Assembly: GCA_964252035.1 (NCBI GenBank)
Contig: OZ176204.1
DNA length: 64,000 bases
Source: Podarcis erhardii
Taxonomy: Eukaryota
Strand: one strand, 5' to 3'
In this document: positions 57,401 to 64,000 of the stretch, one piece after another
How the letters are laid out: the number at the start of each line of letters is the position of its first letter
Numbering within the stretch: position 1 is the stretch's first letter
Notes under the pieces: generated by a model
Seen by the model: only the letters and a program-made list of their open reading frames with translations
What the model was told of the DNA's origin: nothing
The model's database searches: none
Program-made: the position numbers and the translations under genes

Positions 57401-60400
57401 CACGGAATGACACATGGTCAACAACTCAGTCCTGGTGCTTCTGCCTCAAGGATGGTGCCTGGAAGCCCATTGCACCAATGCTGAAGCCACGAACCAACCA
57501 TGCCAGTGCTGTCCTCAACGGAGAGATCTATGCCATTGGTGGTAGGGAATGAGATCTGTAACGTGGGGGACTCTTGCTTTATGTGCATGGGAACAACAGG
57601 CACTAACAAGGATGAGGCCGGTTTAGTGTGGACAATATCATAACGTGCTCTCTGGCCATTCCAAGTCCCTATACTACAGCTTGAGCAGAAGAACCTGCCT
57701 TTGTAGGACTGAATTTCATACAGAAGGTTGTGTCTAATTCACTTATATTCAGAGGACTTGGCTTCTTAAGAGCCAGTGTGGTGTAGTGGTTAAGAGTAGA
57801 CTTGTAATCTGGTGAACCGGGTTCGCTTCCCTGCTCCTCCACATGCAGCTGCTGGGTGACCTTGGGCCAGTCACACTTCTCTGAAGTCTCTCAGCCTCAC
57901 TCACCTCACAGAGTGTTTGTTGTGGTGGAGGAAGGGAAAGGAGAATGTTCGCCGCTTTGAGACTCCTTTGGGTAGTGATAAAGCGGGATATCAAATCCAA
58001 ACTACTCCTCCTCCTCTTCTTCTTCTTCTTCTTCTTCTTCAGTCAATCGATTTCATTGGTGTACTGTGACTATGATTTAGTTGGAGACACAACCCAGACC
58101 CTACATATTAGACTCGTGGGTTATTTTAGCACTAGTGTTGCTCAGTGCAAATATCTGTAGGTCTTGACTGTGCTCAAACCTCCTTTCCCCCCACTTCTCA
58201 CATTGTCTGTAGGCACCGCGGTAGATGTTGTGGAGGTGGAATGTTATGATCCTTATAATGACAGCTGGTGCTTTGTGAGCCCTGCCTTGAAGTACGTCAG
58301 CAACTTCACCATCGCCGGGTGTCTTGGGAAGTTGTACCTCATTGGCTCTTGTGCTGTCAAATACAACGCATTAACCCTGCAGTGTTACAACCCTGCAATA
58401 GGTAAGAAGGAACAGAGGGGAACGTGTATGAATGGCTTTTCCAAAGCAGGCCATGGGCTCACAGAGCAGGCCAAGGCGGGTGGGGCTGGTGCAAAACCAG
58501 AATCCTTTCTATTCTGCAAACTTGGAAATGGGCCCTGTGTCAGGGGCTTTGCTAGGTACTTAAAAGACCTGGGGCATAGACCCATGTCACAGAGCTGCCT
58601 CTGCAAAAATCAAAATGGCTGAGGTCGGGTTTCACTGGCACTGTGCTTTGTAACATGTCCAGCCACCCTGTTTGCAGGGTGTGTGTGGTTGAAAATGGGG
58701 GGGGGGGGGCAGGAGATCCAGGGCCCAGGGCAAAAAGGAATAGGGGAGAAATTTGGTTCGGTTCATACTTAAAAGCAAACTTACTTTATTTGTACTTCCT
58801 GAAAAAATTTGCAAACCGAAACGCAACCATCTTTTGAAATTTGCACCTCTCTTAATTTCACAATGCAGTTCCCCAGCCAATAAATGTGCACGAAAATGCA
58901 TTTATTAAGGTAAAATGGGCATAATAAAATACAAAAACACATTGAATTAGGCCAAATGTCTTGTAAAATGTGTATTAGATAAAATTGCATGAATATGTAT
59001 ATTTAAGGATAATTTCATACAAAAATCCTGATGATTTTTTATGGGGACTTTTTATATTTTAAAAAGTTCATACTGATGAGGAAATGTGATGAATCAAACT
59101 TAAGGTTGGAAAAAATGAGAGGAAATGAAAGAAAGTGAAATTGATGTGAAACTGAATTTGCCCATTCCTACTTTTGCCCATTGCCTCCCTTCCCATGCCC
59201 AGCAATGCCCCCCTGCCCTGGTTTAGTTCTAAATTTCTTGTGAAAATGTTTTTGTCATCATTAGTATTGAAACTGAAGCCATTACTTCCTACCACATGTC
59301 CTTAGAAGAATATACAAGACGTTCAAAATGCTTTTCATGATAAAGGGTGGGATGTGTGTTGAGGGACATAGTACTTTTCCCCTCCTTCTCATTGGATTAA
59401 ATAAATATAAATCTGGCGTGTTGTTGATTTGCAGGAGAGGCCCTTTTGAGAACGCCATCACTTACAGAGGCATGAGGGATGTCTTTTGTGTTGCTTGCAG
59501 ATTGTGAAATGCACCCCCTTCAGAGCTACGATAGTCCCCCACTCTTTCTGTTTCTAGAAACAGTGTCAAGAAGACACATAATTTTAATTTGACCTTTTAG
59601 ATTGCTTTTAGTACCGCTGTTGCTTGCAATGTTTTAAATGAAGCTTTATTGTTTTAAGGTATTTATGATTATGATGTTGTTTTCATTGGTTTGGTTTGCT
59701 TAGTTTTATAGTTTTTAGTTTTGTTCTCCTTGCAGCTGAGCACCTCTACCTAAGTGCAGTGCTTTATTTTTCCATTTCTGAGGTAATGCCAACCATGTTT
59801 TCTCCCTCTTAAGGGTAAAGGTGTGCATTCACACACCCCTGTGAAGCGAGGCCTACATCTGCTGCCAGCCTGTGGTGATGACAGCCCCTGTGAATCGTTC
59901 TTTCCCCCATCCACAGAATAGCCCCATCTTTCCTTCTGTTTCTTGGCCATGCCAAAGTGTTGTGGAATGTGGGCAGCTCAGTTTTATGTATGCAAATATG
60001 AACGGTGGGTTTGCTGTTAATTGCCTGCGGCCCATTTGACCTGTTTGAACCCTGATGCTGCTTTGGCATGCCTTTTTATTTCAATTGGTCTTATGTCCCA
60101 AAAGCTAATTTATATGGGGTGGAGGGAGAAGTTGTTAATGGGGTGTGACTTCCTGCACTGGCTCGCAGCCCAGAGTATCTTCCGGCAGCTAATGCTAGAC
60201 TTCATTAGTGTCTTTCTGCTGGAGACACAGCCTACTCCATTTCCTACTTCAGTTTCTGGAGTTGCTCCTAGTGCTCCTTGATCCAGCTGCCTATACTTAG
60301 ATGTGCAAGTGATATATTTGCCATGTCTTTTAGAAAAACTCTCAGCTAGCATCAATTTGCTTCACGTAATCAGGGAAGGTATTTGGTACGATGTGACTCA

Positions 60401-63400
60401 GGTTTAGTTGCCTGTGGGGGCCATGTGGCAAACTGCAGGACCTTCCATTTTTGTCTCATGATGTTATGCTATATAGGAAGGACGTCATTCATCCGTTTGT
60501 CATGTCAGCTCCCACCCACAAGCCCATCTCAGGATGTTACACAGCAAACACTAATAGTGCTTTGGTATTCTTGATACCTTTGACACTTTTAAATGTGGCT
60601 TTTACTCATGGGCTCTTACACTGTTACCTGCCAGAAGACCTTTTATACTCCTTTGACTATTAACACAGAAGGGCTGTAGCTCAGTGGTAGGGCTTCTGCT
60701 ATGCCTGCAGAAGACTCCAGGTTCAATCCCTGCCATCTTCAGGTAGGGGAATGCCCCCCTGCCAGAAACCCTTGAGGGCCACTGCCAGTCAGTGCATGCA
60801 ATACTGAGCTAGTCGGACCAATGGTCTGACTCAGTAGAAACCCGGTTCCTGTGAACCTATGCAGACGTTGTTTTCCTGTGATTCTGTTGCTTCCTAGCCC
60901 AGTAAAGGCAGCGGTGATGACGGGAATGATGTGATTAGAAGTAGGACAAAGTGTGTTGAAAACTCACATAAACACACATGTCTATTGCAGCCAGGCTGAA
61001 ATCAGGACAGGCTGCTTTCACTGACAAGGGTTTTACATGTAAACAATCCTGACCTTTGCAGGACTGATCTAGGGCAGTCTCTTGTGACAATCTGCCCCTG
61101 CTCCATTTCTTGTCCATCTTCCTTTTTAGCTCCCCCCCCCCCCGAGATTCATATGTCATTCTAATATAGAATGTTTTTAATATATAAAATTACTACTACT
61201 ACTATTGTTATCTTCTAGATGTTTGGAGTGTAATTGCATCCCCTTTCATCCCAAAATACCTCTCTGCTCCTCGATGTGCCTCTCTGCATGGAGCCATCTA
61301 CCTTATTGGCGACAACACAAAGAAAGTCTATGTGTATGATCCAGATGCTAATATATGGCAGAAGGTGGGTAAGGGAGTAATGTTCTTTCACTACTATGTT
61401 TCCAGGGAGGGTATGTGGCTGTAGCACCCATAGAAGTAAATACAGATTTCTGTGGCCTATAGGTTTGTTATGGGGAGGGGGCATTTTAAAATGCTGTATT
61501 TCTTTCCCCTGCTTTTTCCCCCTTGACACTTTTCCAGAATGCATAACACAAAGTAATATGTGAGCAATGCCTGAAGGATGAGTGTCCATGTTCCAGCATG
61601 GCAGGAAGCCTATTCCTTGAGTGAGGATACCCCTGGTAGCAAGCACAGCATGGCCTGTTCCTCCAGCCTGTTTGGCTTCAGTGAAGATGTGTGTAATGTT
61701 GTTGGAGGGTTGGTTTACGCAGCGTCATTCTCAAACCCTGCGGCAGCTGTTCGCATGGCGTCAGTGCTCAGCTGACTGTGTAGCGCCCACTCCAGTCCTC
61801 AGGACAGGTGCAAAGAATGCCCTGCCAGTCTCTCCATCTCCGTAGATCTATGAATAATGGTTAGTGCCGTCAGTTTCCGGCCTTCCATTGGTTATGCTCT
61901 TGACGGCGGCCTCTTTAACACTTTCATGGCAACATCTTGTCATCAAGCAGTTTCACAGCAAGCGTTTTGCCTGGTTGGACCCAAGAACTATTCCTCTGCC
62001 ACTTCGCCCTGTGATCTTTTCATGGTGTTCTTCAGGAGAGGTTAATAGAAGTTAGGACAAACAAGAATATAGCCCAGCCTTGTTAACAGTGTAACTACAT
62101 ACAGTTGCGGGGGCGGGGGGAGACAGAGGATAAAGGAGAGGGGTGACTTTTACAATTCAAAGGACTACACCACTGGTGGCCAGTCTTTTCGGCAGGTGTA
62201 AGTTCGCAGCATAGCAGGGGCATTATAGTACACACGCAGCCTCCCTCTGTGCTTCATGACAGTTTAGCATCTTCTCTACCGAGCTGGGAAGCAGACAGCA
62301 ATGTGGTATTAAAGAAATCAGCTGGCGTGCAGCCCTGACCTTGTGCCACAGGCTCAGGGGTCAGCCTGCCACAAACTCCTGCTGCATCCACCACTTCTGG
62401 CATATGCGCCCTACTAGATTGGACACCCATTGCTATGCCATATCAGGAATGGCATGTCTATACATGCCTAAACATAGGCAACGAGACAAGGTGAACTCAA
62501 GTATATGTAGCATTTCAGATTTGCTTAGCTTAGTAGACAGAAATAGGTAAATGTGTCAAAAATGTATAGTTAGAGTGTGCTTAAAATGCATATATTCAAG
62601 AAAATAGAAGGCATTCTATTAGGGGAAATTGCTTTGTAAAAAATGTGTGTATTAGGCAAATTTGCTTACAAAAATGTGAACATTACAAGAAAATTACACT
62701 AAAGTGCTGAAGAATTTCCATGATGTCTTAAAAAACATATCTGCAAACCAAATTTAAGAGTGGAAAAACAGAAACTGAAATCAATCAGTTCATCCATCTC
62801 TAATCCTGCAATACTATACACACTTACCTAGGAGTCAGTCCCACTGAATTTAATGGAACTTGCTTCAGGATAGACATGCATAGAATTGCACTGCTAATGT
62901 CTTCGGAATTAGAGCTCTTAACTGAATAACGTTGTTAATATACAAATAAATATATCCTGCATTCATGTAATTGTAGATATGTTACTCACTGCCATTGCAA
63001 AGAGCCTCATCCTCCAATCTGAGGATGGTTCACATGCTCCTCCATCACACACCTGTGTCTTGGCCTGTTCTCTGAAGTACGGGCTACTATAATCAAACTT
63101 TTTGCATCCCCTTGTAATAAGCAAGAGATGCAAAAAGGACCCCATTTGGACTTTTCTGCTGAACAAGGTATCTAAGGCTACTGTGTACCAAATCAAGTTT
63201 TTTTTACCTCTTATAGAAATACCCAGACAACACCTTAATAACTCTGCTAAGGAAAGGGTGAGAGACCCCCCCAAGTGGTTTGATGATATTAACTTGCACT
63301 ATATATTTCAGCCACTGGATGGCAGCACAAACCCCCACCATATGATTCCATCAAGGAACTAGGTGCAAACTGTATGTTGCCAATCTGCTGTCTTGTTTAC

Positions 63401-63725
63401 AGCGGTTTCTGCTGCGGTTGTTGTATATGATTTGCCACATAAACACAGATCCAAATCATGTCCACTCTGTTTGCAGGTGCAACAGCTTCACACCCTCCAC
63501 GAAAACGGAGGGATGGTACCTCTTGGAGGTAAACTCTTTGTCACCGGAGGATACTGGAAGGGCATGGATGGTGACTATCAGGTGGAGATGGAAATTTATG
63601 ACTGCACTAAGGATGTCTGGAGAAGGGAAGGAGCCCTCCCATGCTTATGGCTCTACCACAGCTCCTCTTCTATCTTCATGGATACTTCGAGGTGGAGGGA
63701 ACCTTTCCTAGGAGACCATTTGTGA
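53723..63725 (+). CDS. KLHL30: Kelch-like protein 30, full gene: join(53723-54496,55303-55462,56908-56994,57386-57541,58213-58401,61219-61364,63477-63725), 1761 nt, 586 aa
   Basis: MVRN.DD.DF.LPSH start, BTB ([19 protein letters not shown]), BACK domain and kelch repeats (VVVGG, YVTGG, YAIGG, LFVTGG). All introns are GT-AG with consistent phase. Confidence 0.97.
55303..55462 (+). CDS. KLHL30: KLHL30 coding exon 2 ([13 protein letters not shown]...)
   Basis: cag|TTG ... A|gtaagt; 160 bp. Confidence 0.92.
56908..56994 (+). CDS. KLHL30: KLHL30 coding exon 3 ([17 protein letters not shown]...)
   Basis: cag|AA ... G|gtaagg; 87 bp. Confidence 0.95.
57386..57541 (+). CDS. KLHL30: KLHL30 coding exon 4 ([14 protein letters not shown]...EIYAIG)
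   Basis: cag|GT ... G|gtaggg; 156 bp. Confidence 0.95.
57769..58040 (+). mobile_element. Squam3-type SINE, near full length, with (CTT)n tail
   Basis: gagccagtgtggtgtagtggttaagag...ccgctttgagactcctttgggtagtgataaagcggg...(ctt)n. Confidence 0.9.
58213..58401 (+). CDS. KLHL30: KLHL30 coding exon 5 ([11 protein letters not shown]...LQCYNP)
   Basis: tag|GC ... G|gtaaga; 189 bp. Confidence 0.95.
60671..60859 (+). mobile_element. tRNA-Ala-derived SINE (Squam2-like), near full length
   Basis: gggctgtagctcagtggtag...ggttcaatccc, then the SINE body ...gaccaatggtctgactcagta. Confidence 0.85.
61219..61364 (+). CDS. KLHL30: KLHL30 coding exon 6 ([18 protein letters not shown]...WQK)
   Basis: tag|AT ... 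AAG|gtgggt; 146 bp. Confidence 0.95.
62803..62890. repeat. ~85-bp palindromic MITE-like remnant (tgcaat...agtccca..gaa..aatgg.actt...attgca family)
   Basis: Related degenerate copies at ~3883-3958, ~8085-8163 and ~43905-43950. Confidence 0.5.
63477..63725 (+). CDS. KLHL30: KLHL30 last coding exon ([14 protein letters not shown]...FLGDHL*)
   Basis: cag|GTG; TGA at 63723-63725. Confidence 0.95.
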   Translation: MQQLHTLHENGGMVPLGGKLFVTGGYWKGMDGDYQVEMEIYDCTKDVWRREGALPCLWLYHSSSSIFMDTSRWREPFLGDHL

Positions 63726-64000
63726 ACAGAGGATGGAACAAGGCCTCACAGCACAGCAGCTCCTGCCACAAGTTCGGAAAAGGAACAGAGTTTTCAATAT
63801 CACACTTGTACACTTCCTTTTGCCTTTTTTGTTCAGACCGTTTGAATGGTTCTATCCCCCCCCCCCCCCCCGCCCACTACAGCTCTTGTTGGGCTGAATC
63901 ACCTTGCCCACATAATTAGGATGGATAACTTTGGTCACAGCACTAGCACGAAAGCACCAGTGCAGAACATGAAATGATAACCTGCCTTTATAAATTGCAA

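Noticed and set aside
60671-60745. tRNA-Ala gene
   Set aside because: Mutated anticodon arm, continues into a SINE body shared with other copies, and no Pol III T-run terminator

Overview
Eukaryotic genomic DNA, most likely from a squamate and probably a lacertid lizard (inferred from Sauria/Squam-type SINEs, BovB-, CR1-, L1- and L2-derived repeats and many DNA-transposon MITEs). Three complete + strand multi-exon genes lie in the same order as at human 2q37.3: SCLY (selenocysteine lyase, 12 coding exons, 7911-19703, 446 aa), ESPNL (espin-like, 9 coding exons, 26725-48604, 985 aa) and KLHL30 (7 coding exons, 53723-63725, 586 aa). I assembled all exons by hand from GT-AG boundaries with consistent phase. 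Head-to-head with SCLY, across a CpG island (~4190-5720), is an intact 292-aa minus-strand ORF (2223-3101) with its own splice acceptor. It resembles the non-catalytic N-terminus of a DNA transposase and is the most novel-looking item: a candidate domesticated transposase-derived gene sharing the SCLY promoter. Other points of interest: a WH2-like motif in an ESPNL exon that could be toggled by two competing donors, at least six nested TE insertions (including a MITE inserted inverted into its own family), and a young hAT MITE carrying telomere-like CCCTAA units. There is one N gap (10237-10365). No CRISPR array, rRNA or bona fide tRNA was found. All homology statements are from recall; no searches were run.
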